A DNA stretch of 64,000 nt from an uncultured Gammaproteobacteria bacterium. Its GTDB lineage: Bacteria; Patescibacteriota; Microgenomatia; JALYQM01. Position numbers and translations under genes: made by a program. The notes under the pieces were generated by a model, which was not told the DNA's origin, did no database searches, and was given only the letters and a program-made list of their open reading frames with translations. Where the stretch lies: the NCBI GenBank assembly GCA_964403585.1, contig CAYOFQ010000001.1:799008-863007 (forward strand), written 5' to 3'. Positions 1 to 10,590 of the stretch are shown one piece after another; within the stretch, counting starts at the first letter, position 1, and every line of letters begins with the position of its first letter.

Positions 1-496
1 ATATCGCCAGATAGGTAGTCAGGTGAATAAAGAACCACAGTTCATAGCGCAACCTTTTACGGACAATATATATTGAACTAATTATCACAGCAATCAGGAG
101 GAGCAATCCTATAAAAGCATTCAATACATCTTCATAGGTAAAGAGAAAAAGGCCAAGCTGAACCAACAGCGATTTACGCGACGTGAGAGAGTACCCAAGG
201 GTTAATAGAATTGGATGCAGTACCAGAAGCGAAATCGCCACATAGCCATTCTTTTTGTGCAGCTTATCCATCGTCATAAAACCAAGATACTTTTCTACCG
301 GTTGAATACGCGAACGGAGAAGAACCTGCAGGAAAATGGAGAAGACGCCGAGCAGGCCACATAATCTGCCTGCCGCTATCAGAAAAAGCCCGGGGGACAC
401 CGTTGCCGTTACTCCCGAATTTGACCACCAGAAATACAGTATCGGTACAACCAGGATTACCAACGACAGATATAGCCAATAGATTCTGTTATTCAT
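1..496 (-). CDS. Ferric reductase-like (FRD/MsrQ-YedZ-like) heme-b transmembrane protein, N-terminal fragment; gene runs off window start
   Basis: ATG at 496 on minus strand. Translation MNNRIYWLYLSLVILVVPILYFWW... is polytopic with an H-x13-H pair in one helix (KLHKKNGYVAISLLVLH). The ORF track does not list it because it is truncated by the window edge. Paralogous to the N-terminal domain of 59716..61248. Confidence 0.5.
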   Translation of the reverse strand, partial: MNNRIYWLYLSLVILVVPILYFWWSNSGVTATVSPGLFLIAAGRLCGLLGVFSIFLQVLLRSRIQPVEKYLGFMTMDKLHKKNGYVAISLLVLHPILLTLGYSLTSRKSLLVQLGLFLFTYEDVLNAFIGLLLLIAVIISSIYIVRKRLRYELWFFIHLTTYLAI

Positions 497-555
497 ACTA
501 AGTTGCGATAGTATACACTATTTATTGCCGTAATAAAAGGAATATCTTCAAAAAA

Positions 556-1221
556 TTAATTAATAACAATCTTAACGCGTGATTGCGTCAAAATTACATC
601 CTTGGACTGAGATGATTTTAATTGCACCCGGTATGTTTTTGTGCCCTCAAGCGTAATCGGCAACGACGTAACCAAATGCGGCGACGAGTTAGTGGTACTG
701 ACATCGGAGTAAGCCAGCGGCACATTATCCGTTACATTAAACAACCGCGCATAGGCAATTCCATTCGTTGAAGGGATACTCAGTGTTGCTTCAAAGTAAG
801 CTGCCGACAGTGTCGGATAGCTACTGCGTGAGACAGGTATTGCCGGTGTCTCAATAAATGTCCAGTCACCCCCGGCAGTCGAACCACTCCCGATTGAGAC
901 AAAAACATCTTTTAATCGGGCTGCCAACGCCGGCGTTACTTTCGGTGTCGCTACAGGCACTGTCGAGGTTACCGGCGAAGCTAATTTGATAGACGCTGTT
1001 GCCTCAGAGACAATCTTTCGCACACACTGTTCATCACAGTTTGGTTGTTGCTGCACAATCGGTGATGATGTCGGTGATGCGGGTTGACGGGCAGAAGCAG
1101 TACTCTGGCGATAGAGGACATAATTAACCGCGGCAAGATTAATAGCGATTCCTATCAGCACAATCCAAATTAACGGCTTAAAGTACGATCGCTCACCGGT
1201 CGATATTGAATTTGTTTCCAT
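556..1221 (-). CDS. Hypothetical membrane-anchored extracytoplasmic protein
   Basis: N-terminal TM helix (LIWIVLIGIAINLAAVNYVLY) followed by a Ser/Thr/Pro-rich secreted region. No recognisable motif. Confidence 0.4.
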   Translation of the reverse strand: METNSISTGERSYFKPLIWIVLIGIAINLAAVNYVLYRQSTASARQPASPTSSPIVQQQPNCDEQCVRKIVSEATASIKLASPVTSTVPVATPKVTPALAARLKDVFVSIGSGSTAGGDWTFIETPAIPVSRSSYPTLSAAYFEATLSIPSTNGIAYARLFNVTDNVPLAYSDVSTTNSSPHLVTSLPITLEGTKTYRVQLKSSQSKDVILTQSRVKIVIN

Positions 1222-1328
1222 GCATTAATTAGTATACTATTTATATAGAGAGATATGTCTATACATCTTTTCTATCAGATCACCTTAATTACTGCATTAT
1301 GCAGTAATACTGCATTTTGGTATTACGG

Positions 1329-2684
1329 CTAACGGTTATTATAATGATCTGTCTCTGCATCCCACATAAATGTCGCATTACCGGGAAAATCGACACGTGC
1401 ATGATCGCTATTACCGAAACTGTTAATTGTTTGGGCATTAGCATCAGTTAAGAAACCAGTACCTGCCGCAACCCAATAATAATCGGAATTGGGCTGACGG
1501 GATGCTCCCTGCACCGGAGAATGTCCGATCATAATTGGAGCTTGTCCAATAGACTGGGTATTGTTTAAGGAAACAAAAGGACTGCCGTCAACACTAATCT
1601 TTATTTGAGATTGATTCCAGGTAGCAATAACTGTCTTGAGTGCTCCGATTGCAAATGTTTGTTTAGCCGATGCGACGGTAGCACTATGTGTTCGTTCAAA
1701 ATGAAAAGTATCGGAGCCGGCATCAAAATAGAGGAATAAGCTTTTGGTATCAGATTCACTCATATCTAATATATTTGGATCAGGTGAAAGTGTCGTGGTA
1801 TTGGGGAAGCCCATCTTCATACGGGTCGCCATCCACCCTTGAGCTGGTGTCACCAAATTCTCCGGTACCCGTATCGATGTGGATCTCGATCGTGAACTAT
1901 TTGCACTTGAATCAGTGTTATATACCACACCACTGGTAACTAAGTTACCTCCGCCACCATTTGTCGGTACCGGTGTTGCTGTCGGCGTCGCAGTGGGAGC
2001 CGGTGTTACCGTGGTAGTTGGTTGTGGTGTCTGTGAGGCATTTGGCCGAATTCCCACTATATACATAGAGTACGCGGGAGCGGATTGTACGTTATTTGAT
2101 GCGGCGCCAAAGTTTACTCTCCCGGTCACACCGGCCGAATTGGATTTCCACACATCATATAATCCGATTAATCCATTATCGGCATTCTTCCGCAACATAT
2201 AATCAGTCACTGCCACGTAATTATCCGGGGTAATCCGAGTATAACCGGCCACAGCCCACGAAGGAACCGTCGGGGCAATACCCGGTATCCGGCGGAAGAA
2301 TAAATACAACTGTGCCGCCCGGTTAAGTGTAATATTCCAGGTGAGATTGGGTAGGTCTTTTACTTCACTATTCGGTGTTTTAATATACGGCATATTCGCA
2401 TAAACCGGCGTTGGCTGAAAAAAGGTAAAGCGCGCGTCGTTAGTATATTGCTGTGCGGCATTAACCAGGCAACTGACCGAGAAAGTAAAACCCTGCGGTG
2501 AGCCAATTGACACCAGGTTCGCATTGCCGCCGCCTATATCACATGGGTCAACCTGCGCCTCGCCGGAGTCAAATTTGAACAAATCCGGAGCCGAAGAGCG
2601 AAAAAGACCTAGCGAAAGAATAACGGTAGCAGCCAGCGCGGAAAAGAAAATAATAAAATGAGAAGAAATTCTCTGGTCAGCCAT
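1329..2684 (-). CDS. Membrane-anchored surface protein with Thr/Pro-rich linker and C-terminal lectin/LamG-like beta-sandwich
   Basis: N-terminal TM anchor, two domains joined by a TPAPTATPTATPVPT linker, many Asn/Ser/Thr. Family not assigned. Confidence 0.4.
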   Translation of the reverse strand: MADQRISSHFIIFFSALAATVILSLGLFRSSAPDLFKFDSGEAQVDPCDIGGGNANLVSIGSPQGFTFSVSCLVNAAQQYTNDARFTFFQPTPVYANMPYIKTPNSEVKDLPNLTWNITLNRAAQLYLFFRRIPGIAPTVPSWAVAGYTRITPDNYVAVTDYMLRKNADNGLIGLYDVWKSNSAGVTGRVNFGAASNNVQSAPAYSMYIVGIRPNASQTPQPTTTVTPAPTATPTATPVPTNGGGGNLVTSGVVYNTDSSANSSRSRSTSIRVPENLVTPAQGWMATRMKMGFPNTTTLSPDPNILDMSESDTKSLFLYFDAGSDTFHFERTHSATVASAKQTFAIGALKTVIATWNQSQIKISVDGSPFVSLNNTQSIGQAPIMIGHSPVQGASRQPNSDYYWVAAGTGFLTDANAQTINSFGNSDHARVDFPGNATFMWDAETDHYNNR

Positions 2685-2752
2685 GTCAGTAGTTGTACTC
2701 TTCTACGATAAAAGATCGTACAGTCTGTTGTCAATCTAAACAGGCATAATTT

Positions 2753-3982
2753 ATGTCACTGTTACGAGTGAAAAAAGCCGTTATACTAATAAAGAGAATT
2801 AGGGCCCCTATGAAAAAACTGATCACGTTCAAATTACTTCTTATTATTACATCACTCATACTGGGAACGTTTGTCTCTGTCCGTCAAACTCATGGCGTAA
2901 CGAACCTCCGCTCAGAGGAGGATAGCCTCCTTTCCAGAGAAGAAATTATTAACCAGGACTATTTTTCGGCCGGAAATACGGTTATGGCGAGTGGCACGGT
3001 AAACGGTGATGCATATCTCGCCGGTGGAACAGTGATTGTTAACGGAATAATAAATGGAGACGTCCTGGTGGCCGGAGGGAACATCAGCATCACCGGAACG
3101 GTTAACGGCAATGTCCGCTCCGCAGGAGGCCAGGTAAGTATTTCCGGACAGGTTGCTAAAAATGTCACTGCGGTAGGTGGATCGGTCACTATTCAGGAAC
3201 CGGGCAGTGTAGGCGGATCGATTGTTGGAGCAGCAGGTATGCTCGCCCTGTTTGCACCGGTCGAAAAAGGAGCAACCCTCGCCGGGAGTCAAGTGAGCAT
3301 TAACAGCTCAATTGGTGGAAGTGTTACCAGCGCAGCCGAAACACTAACTCTTTCTCCACATGCCCAAATATATGGCAATTTAAATTACTGGAGTGATCAG
3401 AAGGCCACTATAGCCACCGAAGCAGCCGTCAAAGACCAGGTGGTGTTTCATAAGACAGACTGGAAAAAGGATCAGGCTAAACAAACAAAAGAAAAAGCCT
3501 CTCAAGCGTTGTCAAAATTTGCCATTAGCATGGCGGTTATCAGTCTTCTCGGCTCGTTTTTATTAGGATTACTTTTGCGACGATATCTCCCTGTATTTAT
3601 TGAAAATGTTTCTACAACAGTCCTTTCCAAACCGCTGGAGAGTTTGGGTATCGGCTCTTTAGTATTGATGCTTATGCCTGTGGTAAGTATATTTTTATTA
3701 GTAAGCATAATCGGTATCCCTATTTTTATTGCACTGATAATGGCAGTTATTATGCTGGCCATGCTCAATGACATTTTCATCGCCTTCGCACTGGCAAAGA
3801 AATTTTTACAACAGTATCGAACATGGGGCTTCCTGGCAACATTGGTGGCAATTGGTTTAATAAAACTTATTCCGGTCGTTGGCTGGTTGATCGGGTTAGT
3901 GGCCTATATCTTCGGACTTGGAGCAATCTTAATTACCAAGAAACAAATGTACGTTTCCTTGCGACAGAAGGAACTCATCTGA
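2753..3982 (+). CDS. Beta-helical repeat protein (bactofilin/DUF4097-like G-x-V-x-G repeats) fused to a C-terminal multi-TM domain
   Basis: Repeats GTVNGDAYLAGGTVIVNGIINGDVLVAGGNISITGTVNGNVRSAGG..., followed by about 5 hydrophobic helices. Confidence 0.4.
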   Translation: MSLLRVKKAVILIKRIRAPMKKLITFKLLLIITSLILGTFVSVRQTHGVTNLRSEEDSLLSREEIINQDYFSAGNTVMASGTVNGDAYLAGGTVIVNGIINGDVLVAGGNISITGTVNGNVRSAGGQVSISGQVAKNVTAVGGSVTIQEPGSVGGSIVGAAGMLALFAPVEKGATLAGSQVSINSSIGGSVTSAAETLTLSPHAQIYGNLNYWSDQKATIATEAAVKDQVVFHKTDWKKDQAKQTKEKASQALSKFAISMAVISLLGSFLLGLLLRRYLPVFIENVSTTVLSKPLESLGIGSLVLMLMPVVSIFLLVSIIGIPIFIALIMAVIMLAMLNDIFIAFALAKKFLQQYRTWGFLATLVAIGLIKLIPVVGWLIGLVAYIFGLGAILITKKQMYVSLRQKELI

Positions 3983-4262
3983 ATCTGGCTACTAACATCT
4001 CACTAATACGTACGGGATCAGAGCAATAAATAAATAACTGCTGTTTAGAACTGGTCCCGCGAACCTCAACCCGAAGTCCGCCTGTAATTGCCAGACACTT
4101 TATTCGATGTATGCCGGTTGGTAAACCCGCCGTGATTTTACCAAGTGAAATTTTACTCACTTCCGGTAGAGATTCGGCAAGTGTTATAACCTTGATTGCA
4201 GCATCAATAACGGTTGTATGGGAATGGTTTATTTTCCCGCCGGCTACGTGTTTAGGCATAGT

Positions 4263-4619
4263 TCATGAAATTAATTTTCCCACTTCTCCTAGAAGTTGGT
4301 CAACAGAAAATGGTTTGGCGACAAAACTATCGGCACCACACTCTCGTACCGAATTCTTTGCTGAGGGGTGGGCAGAGATCATAATAATCGGAATTTGTTT
4401 GGTGCGATCATCACTCTTGAGCTTTTTGCATATATGACGTCCGTCGTTACCCGACAGCAGCACATCTAAAATAATAACGTCCGGCTGGTACTCTCTAACC
4501 TTTTGACAGGTTTCATCCCCTTTGGTCGTACATATGGTCGCATATCCTCCTGTCTCGAGGATCAATTGCACAGCCTCAACTATATCCGGATCGTCATCAA
4601 TTACTAACACTTTCTTCAT
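4263..4619 (-). CDS. Stand-alone response-regulator receiver (CheY-like)
   Basis: VLVIDDDPDIVE...IILDVLLSGNDG...IMISAHP receiver signature. 4-nt overlap with the upstream kinase. Confidence 0.8.
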   Translation of the reverse strand: MKKVLVIDDDPDIVEAVQLILETGGYATICTTKGDETCQKVREYQPDVIILDVLLSGNDGRHICKKLKSDDRTKQIPIIMISAHPSAKNSVRECGADSFVAKPFSVDQLLGEVGKLIS

Positions 4620-5767
4620 AAAATACGATCTCGCTTTACATAGGGTAAATAAAACGTGAACTTCGAACCTTTACCTTTAGTGCTTTCAACACTAATTGTA
4701 CCGCCATGTGAGAGTACAATCTCTTTACTTAAGTGGAGTCCAATTCCCATACCGGGATATGTTTTTTCGTCCTCACCGGTAACTCTAAAAAAACGTTCAA
4801 ATATTTTCTCATGATACTCTTTCGGAATACCTATACCATAATCCTGCACCGACACGGCGACCATTTCTCCTGCAAGGGCTATTGTAACAGTTACTTTATG
4901 CGCGCGGGGTGAGTACTTTATCGCATTAGACAGCAGGTTGGTTAGCACCTGACCAATACGTTCACGGTCACCATGGACAGCTACCCGGGCACTGCCCTCA
5001 CGTTCAATAGTATGTTTGGTTGTCATTTGAACATTTTCAGAGGCTTCTTCAATAAGAGAGTCCAGGTCAAAATTTTGCTTATCCATTTTTAGACGGCCGG
5101 TTTGGGCACGGGAAAGTTCAACCAGATCTTCAACTAATTTAGCCAGTTTTTCGGTCTGCAAGTTTATTTTGGTAATATACGGCTTCAATTCGGAATAATT
5201 TTTTTCGTCTATAATTCCCGCCAGTAACTCTCCAAATGCCTTCTGACTGGTAAGGGGAGTTTTTAATTCATGGCTGGCCGTGCTGACAAACTCATCACGC
5301 CGCTTCTCATTTTCAACACGATCAGTAATATCCCGGGCTATCTTTGATGCACCAATGATATTTCCTTTGGAATCACGAATTGGCGAAACAGTGAGCGAAA
5401 CGTGAATGATGCGTCCGTCTTTGGTCAAACGCTGCGTTTCATAGTGTTCGATGCGCTTGCCTTCATGCAGCTCACGCATGATATACGGGAAATCATCTTT
5501 TTTCTCCGGAGGCATCAGCACAGAAACCGGCTGTCCGACAATTTCTTCTGCCGTATATCCGTACAGACGTTCCGCACCACGATTCCAACTGGTAATATAC
5601 CCGTCGGCAGATTTACTGATAATAGCGTCATCCGAGGATTCAATAATCGCTGCCCAATGCAACAATTTTTCCATCATCTTCAGGATATTACTCATTTCGG
5701 GGTTATCGGTATAAATTCCTTCGGAGAGAATCCAATTCCTGGATTTTGAAACAACCGTTTGTTCCAT
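4616..5767 (-). CDS. PAS-domain sensor histidine kinase
   Basis: PAS region, H-box HELKTPLTS, N-box LLSNAIKYS, G-box GMGIGL and GGTISVES. Confidence 0.85.
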   Translation of the reverse strand: MEQTVVSKSRNWILSEGIYTDNPEMSNILKMMEKLLHWAAIIESSDDAIISKSADGYITSWNRGAERLYGYTAEEIVGQPVSVLMPPEKKDDFPYIMRELHEGKRIEHYETQRLTKDGRIIHVSLTVSPIRDSKGNIIGASKIARDITDRVENEKRRDEFVSTASHELKTPLTSQKAFGELLAGIIDEKNYSELKPYITKINLQTEKLAKLVEDLVELSRAQTGRLKMDKQNFDLDSLIEEASENVQMTTKHTIEREGSARVAVHGDRERIGQVLTNLLSNAIKYSPRAHKVTVTIALAGEMVAVSVQDYGIGIPKEYHEKIFERFFRVTGEDEKTYPGMGIGLHLSKEIVLSHGGTISVESTKGKGSKFTFYLPYVKRDRIL

Positions 5768-5905
5768 ATAATCCTTTCACTAGGGTGTACTATAACAAGT
5801 AATGCCTTTTATATCAACATTATAATTAATTGTACTAGCAGGTAAGCAATATATCGAAATTAGTTGCAGCATCTAAAGGTTGCACAGACTTGGTACAATA
5901 CATAT

Positions 5906-6547
5906 ATGACCAAAGAAGAAAAACAACAAAAAGTCCTCAAAGTTATTGAACGGCTCAAACCGGTCTATCCGGATGCAAAAATCGCACTTAATTTTGATAA
6001 TCCGTATCAGCTATTAATTGCCACGATTTTGGCCGCCCAATCAACCGATGTCGGGGTGAACAAAGCAACACCGGCCTTATTTCAGGCCTATCCGACTCCA
6101 GAAGCCATGGTCAAAGCTACCCGTGAAGAGCTGGATAAATACATCCCCGACGTCAATTTTCACTGGAATAAAACACGGTTAATCAAAGACACCGCGCAAA
6201 TGATCATGGATAAATTCGGCGGTAACGTACCTGACAACATGAAAGATTTGGATTCCTTACCGGGAGTTGCCCGCAAGACAGCCAATGTCGTATTAAGCTG
6301 TGCCTTCAATAAACCTGCCGGAATCATTATTGATACGCACATGATTAGAATGTCCAACCGCTTGGGGCTAACCGAATCCAAAGATCCGGTCCAAATCGAG
6401 AAAGACCTTATGGACGTAGTCCCCAAAGAGCACTGGACAGATTTTGCCTTAATGCTGATTCTCCATGGACGGCATTTTTGTACTGCCCGGCCGCATACCT
6501 GCGAGAATTGCCCGCTTGGGGATATTTGCCCTGACATGAAGAAGTAA
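5906..6547 (+). CDS. nth: Endonuclease III (Nth, HhH-GPD, 4Fe-4S)
   Basis: LPGVARKTANVVL HhH motif. C-terminal C-x6-C-x2-C-x5-C cluster (CTARPHTCENCPLGDIC). The track ORF begins at a TTG at 5864; alignment to Nth supports the ATG at 5906. Confidence 0.85.
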   Translation: MTKEEKQQKVLKVIERLKPVYPDAKIALNFDNPYQLLIATILAAQSTDVGVNKATPALFQAYPTPEAMVKATREELDKYIPDVNFHWNKTRLIKDTAQMIMDKFGGNVPDNMKDLDSLPGVARKTANVVLSCAFNKPAGIIIDTHMIRMSNRLGLTESKDPVQIEKDLMDVVPKEHWTDFALMLILHGRHFCTARPHTCENCPLGDICPDMKK

Positions 6548-6586
6548 ATCTTGCACAATTTGCCAATGTAAGTACATAATTATGGT

Positions 6587-7381
6587 ATGCATTCTATCTG
6601 GACAGGCTCCCTTAGTTTTGGACTGATTAATATTCCGATCAAAATATATAGCGGCACGGCCGGTACTACAGTTGAGTTTAATATGCTGCACAAAACCGAT
6701 CATTCACCAATCCGGTATGCGAAAGTATGCCGGCGCGATGGTAAAGAACTAACTCAGGATGATATCGTGAAAGGCTACGAATATAAAGCCGGTGACTATA
6801 TTGTTCTTACCAACGAAGACCTCAAAAAACTCAATGCCGAGCGGTCACAAATGATAGATGTGGTCGGCTTTGTTAAAGAACAGGAAATCGACACGATCTA
6901 CTTTGAAAAACCGTACTATCTTGAACCCGGCAAAGGAGCTGACAAAGCCTATTTTGTTTTACGTGAATCACTTAAGAAATCAAAAAAAGTTGGCGTAGCA
7001 AAATTTGTAATCCACAGCCGCGAACACCTCGGGATTATCAAACCGCACGACGAAATATTAGTACTCGAACAAATGAGATTTGAAGATCAGATCGCTGCCT
7101 GGGATAAACTGGATATTCCAAAACACCCGAATTTACGTACAAAAGAACTCACCATTGCGACATCATTCATTGATCACCTAACTGAACATTTTGACCCCTC
7201 AGAATACAAAGATACCTTTGAAACTAAATTAAAGGCTTTAATTAAACAAAAATTAAAGGGTAAAGCTATTAAAATTGCCAAAGAAAAAACGGTCGTTCCA
7301 ACTAAAAGCGCCGACCTGATGCTGCTCCTTCAGGAAAGTCTGGAAAAAGCGAAAAAAGATCCACGCGCCTTTCAATTTTAA
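6587..7381 (+). CDS. ku: Ku DNA end-binding protein (NHEJ)
   Basis: MHSIWTGSLSFGLINIPIKIYSGT... canonical bacterial Ku N-terminus, about 260 aa. Confidence 0.85.
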   Translation: MHSIWTGSLSFGLINIPIKIYSGTAGTTVEFNMLHKTDHSPIRYAKVCRRDGKELTQDDIVKGYEYKAGDYIVLTNEDLKKLNAERSQMIDVVGFVKEQEIDTIYFEKPYYLEPGKGADKAYFVLRESLKKSKKVGVAKFVIHSREHLGIIKPHDEILVLEQMRFEDQIAAWDKLDIPKHPNLRTKELTIATSFIDHLTEHFDPSEYKDTFETKLKALIKQKLKGKAIKIAKEKTVVPTKSADLMLLLQESLEKAKKDPRAFQF

Positions 7382-7384
7382 AAA

Positions 7385-9874
7385 ATGAGCTTAAAAGACT
7401 ATCATAAAAAACGCCAGTTTACTAAAACGCCCGAACCAAAAGGCTCCGAAAAAAAAACGGCCGGACCGCTATCGTTCGTTATCCAAAAACATGAGGCCAC
7501 CCGTCTCCATTATGATTTTCGCCTCGAACTCAACGGCGTGCTTAAAAGCTGGGCAGTTCCCAAAGGCCCTTCTTTGAATCCGCATGATAAGCGCCTGGCA
7601 ATGATGGTCGAAGATCATCCCATCGATTATGCTAACTTTGAAGGGATTATTCCCAAAGGTAATTATGGAGCCGGTACAGTAATGGTCTGGGACCGGGGCG
7701 TTTATACTTCGTATGATGCTACTGAACGCGACGAAGCCGAAAAGATCCTGGAAAAACAGCTGAAGGCCGGACATCTCACTTTTATTATGCTGGGTGAAAA
7801 ACTCAAAGGAGAATTCGCACTTATTAAAACACATAACGGCGAGGAAAATGCCTGGATCCTGATCAAAAAAGGGGACGAGTATGCGTCCGAAACAACAGAC
7901 ATTCTTAAGCAGGATACATCAGTTATCTCCGGGCGCTCAATGAAAGAGATCGCCTCGCAAGCCGAAAAAAGGAAAGAAGTCTGGTACAGCAAACCCAAAG
8001 ACCTCGACATATCTAATCTGCCCAAAGGCACAATGCCCCACAAAATTAAACCAATGCTGGCCGGAACTGCCGATGAACCATTTGACCGGGAGGAGTGGCT
8101 ATTTGAAATTAAATATGACGGATATCGTGCGATTGCCGAGATTGAATCGGGTAAGGTGAAGCTGTATTCCCGAAACCAGCTTGCCTATAATCAAAAATTT
8201 GTACCGGTAGTACAGTCATTACAAAAATTTCCGGGGGATGCCGTTCTGGACGGGGAGATTGTAGTCGTCGACGAGATCGGACATCCGCGCTTTCAATGGT
8301 TGCAGGATTATCCCAACGACAAAGGAGAACTCATCTACTATGTTTTTGATATCTTATATTACGGTGGACGGGACTTAACATCGTTGCCGCTCATAGAGCG
8401 TAAGGAATTTCTCAAAGAGATCCTGCCGCCATTGACTCACCTCAAATTTAGCGGACACGTTGAAAAGGCCGGCATCGCCATGTTTCAGCAGGCTGAGCTG
8501 CTTGGAATTGAGGGAATCATGGCCAAAAACGCGGAAAGCACATACAAACAGGGTAGACGAAGCGATGACTGGCTAAAAATTAAAGCGATTAACAGGCAGG
8601 AAGTTGTAATTGCCGGTTTTACCGAACCGCGCGGGAGCCGGAAACACTTTGGCTCGCTCATTACAGGCATTTATAAAAATAAGAAACTAACCTATGTCGG
8701 GCACATTGGCACCGGCTTTGATGAGAAATTGCTTAAACACCTGTACGAAAAAATGAAACCACTTGAACAAAAGACCTGTCCGTTTTCAAAAGTGCCGGTA
8801 ACCAATGCTCCAGCCACCTGGCTAAAACCGAAACTACTTGCTGAGGTCTCATTCACACACCTCACTCAGGATGGGCAAATGCGACACCCGGTATTCCTTG
8901 GACTCAGAGAAGATAAAGCTGCAAATCATCTTAAATCAGAGCAAAACACATTTGCACTAACACCAAAAGACGCTTCAAGCAAAAAGACGACCATCGGCAG
9001 TCAGGATCTTACCTTTACCAATCTCTCCAAAATATTCTTTCCCGAAGAGAAATACACTAAAGGTGACCTCATTGAGTATTACCGGCAAATGGCACCCGTT
9101 ATTCTACCGTATTTAAAAGATAGGCCGGAGTCGTTATTACGCTATCCGAATGGCATAAAAAGTAAAGGATTTTACCAAAAAGATGCATCACTGCTGCATG
9201 AAGACTGGTTCGACAAAGTAAGTGTATATTCTGAATCAAATGACAAAAATATCGACTATTTACTCTGTCAGAATGAAGCTACGTTGCTCTATCTCATCAA
9301 TTTGGGCTGTATCGATTTGAACCCCTGGAGTTCCCGCGTAGTTCAACTAAATCATCCTGATTTTCTGATCATCGACCTGGACCCGGAGAAAACAGAATTC
9401 ACAAATGTTGTGAAGGCGGCACAAGCTACTCGTGAAGTACTGGAAGCGTGGGATATTCCTGCATATCCTAAAACTTCAGGAGCTACCGGCATGCATATTT
9501 ATGTACCGCTGGGCGCCAAATATACCTATGAACAGTCCCGGCAACTCGCCGAAATTCTCTGTATTCATATCCACGCTAAAGTTCCGCACATTACCAGTCT
9601 GGAACGTAGTCCCTCCAAACGCCAAGGCAAAGTATATCTCGACTACCTTCAAAACAGTGAAGGGCAGACATTAGCCAGCGTGTACAGCGTGCGACCGAAA
9701 CTCGGCGCAACTGTTTCAACTCCTCTCGAATGGTCGGAAGTTACGGCAAAATTGCATCCGTCACAATTTACCATCAAAAACATGCACAAACGAATTGAGA
9801 AAAAGGGCGATCTGTTTAAGCCGGTGTTAGGTAAGGGTATTGATATAGCACAAATTCTTAAGAAAATAACCTGA
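7385..9874 (+). CDS. ligD: DNA ligase D (phosphoesterase-ligase-polymerase, PE-Lig-Pol order)
   Basis: PE domain HYDFRLE. Ligase KxDG motif EIKYDGYRA. C-terminal primase-polymerase domain (LIIDLDP...). 829 aa. Confidence 0.9.
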   Translation: MSLKDYHKKRQFTKTPEPKGSEKKTAGPLSFVIQKHEATRLHYDFRLELNGVLKSWAVPKGPSLNPHDKRLAMMVEDHPIDYANFEGIIPKGNYGAGTVMVWDRGVYTSYDATERDEAEKILEKQLKAGHLTFIMLGEKLKGEFALIKTHNGEENAWILIKKGDEYASETTDILKQDTSVISGRSMKEIASQAEKRKEVWYSKPKDLDISNLPKGTMPHKIKPMLAGTADEPFDREEWLFEIKYDGYRAIAEIESGKVKLYSRNQLAYNQKFVPVVQSLQKFPGDAVLDGEIVVVDEIGHPRFQWLQDYPNDKGELIYYVFDILYYGGRDLTSLPLIERKEFLKEILPPLTHLKFSGHVEKAGIAMFQQAELLGIEGIMAKNAESTYKQGRRSDDWLKIKAINRQEVVIAGFTEPRGSRKHFGSLITGIYKNKKLTYVGHIGTGFDEKLLKHLYEKMKPLEQKTCPFSKVPVTNAPATWLKPKLLAEVSFTHLTQDGQMRHPVFLGLREDKAANHLKSEQNTFALTPKDASSKKTTIGSQDLTFTNLSKIFFPEEKYTKGDLIEYYRQMAPVILPYLKDRPESLLRYPNGIKSKGFYQKDASLLHEDWFDKVSVYSESNDKNIDYLLCQNEATLLYLINLGCIDLNPWSSRVVQLNHPDFLIIDLDPEKTEFTNVVKAAQATREVLEAWDIPAYPKTSGATGMHIYVPLGAKYTYEQSRQLAEILCIHIHAKVPHITSLERSPSKRQGKVYLDYLQNSEGQTLASVYSVRPKLGATVSTPLEWSEVTAKLHPSQFTIKNMHKRIEKKGDLFKPVLGKGIDIAQILKKIT

Positions 9875-9877
9875 ACG

Positions 9878-10468
9878 CTATAAGGAGTTTATCTTATCTG
9901 TAATGCGCTGGTAAAAATACGCACTGTACTTTTGCGCAAACGGCACAAAGAACGCGCGGGTATCTTCCACAAACCGCTTAAATTCGGCAGGACGGGATCC
10001 CTTAAAATCATCAATAGTCAGCAAGTTAACAGTTCTATCCGCCAACTTTACGATTCGTGCTTCATGCGAAGAATTCTCTAGTCGTTTCAGAATTTTTTGC
10101 GTCGCGGTAAAAAATTCTTCGCCCCAAACAGGATGCTCATTTTCTGCGGAAGACTTTGTTAAAGTCATGACAATATTCGCAACGTCAGCAGGATATTCAT
10201 ATCGCAATTGTTGCTCGGAAAATTCGGGATCATCCTCAACTGCATCGTGAAGTAACGCAGAAGCAACGGCTATTTCAGGTACTACATCCGAACCGTATGA
10301 AATAATAACCTCTGCCGCGACAGGTAAAATATGCCCTTCCAATACCGACGAACCGTCAAAACGTTTTTGTTTAGAGTGAGACTTTTCAGCTTGAGAGAAT
10401 GCACGCTGGATAATCAAAGAATTTATTTGTCTGGAAGCAAGTAATTTATTAAATTCGGTTACCACCAT
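9878..10468 (-). CDS. HD-domain phosphohydrolase, RelA/SpoT-like small alarmone hydrolase candidate
   Basis: ...GHILPVAAEVI...IAVASALLHDAVEDD matches the SpoT HD signature. 196 aa with no synthetase domain. Confidence 0.55.
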   Translation of the reverse strand: MVVTEFNKLLASRQINSLIIQRAFSQAEKSHSKQKRFDGSSVLEGHILPVAAEVIISYGSDVVPEIAVASALLHDAVEDDPEFSEQQLRYEYPADVANIVMTLTKSSAENEHPVWGEEFFTATQKILKRLENSSHEARIVKLADRTVNLLTIDDFKGSRPAEFKRFVEDTRAFFVPFAQKYSAYFYQRITDKINSL

Positions 10469-10590
10469 ACATTCTTAGTTTAATTATAGCAAACTAAACA
10501 CAATACTGTCATATGCTAATATGTGAGCATTTTAACACATTTAAGTGATTGCAGAGGTGAAAGCTTCTGCTATAATCTATAAATTATTTT

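Noticed and set aside
264-479. 71-aa ORF on minus strand from the track
   Set aside because: Different frame from the much better-supported truncated FRD-domain gene (ATG at 496). Its translation has no membrane or protein-like character.
1879-2100. Short tandem repeats (accgcc/ggtgttgc-type) that might suggest a CRISPR or VNTR
   Set aside because: They encode the TPAPTATPTATPVPT linker in frame within a long ORF. There are no spacer-like unique units. No CRISPR array was seen anywhere in the window.
1688-2202. Two plus-strand ORFs (83 and 107 aa) inside the surface-protein gene
   Set aside because: Antisense to a longer ORF. The second is just the reverse reading of the Thr/Pro linker (Gly/Val-rich).
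2912-3292. Minus-strand ORFs (126 aa and 76 aa) within 2753..3982
   Set aside because: Antisense to the beta-helix repeat region. The repeats create spurious open frames.
3975-4259. 94-aa minus-strand ORF downstream of the receiver gene
   Set aside because: No motif, poor start context, and it lies in the 3' untranslated gap between convergent genes. Treated as noncoding.
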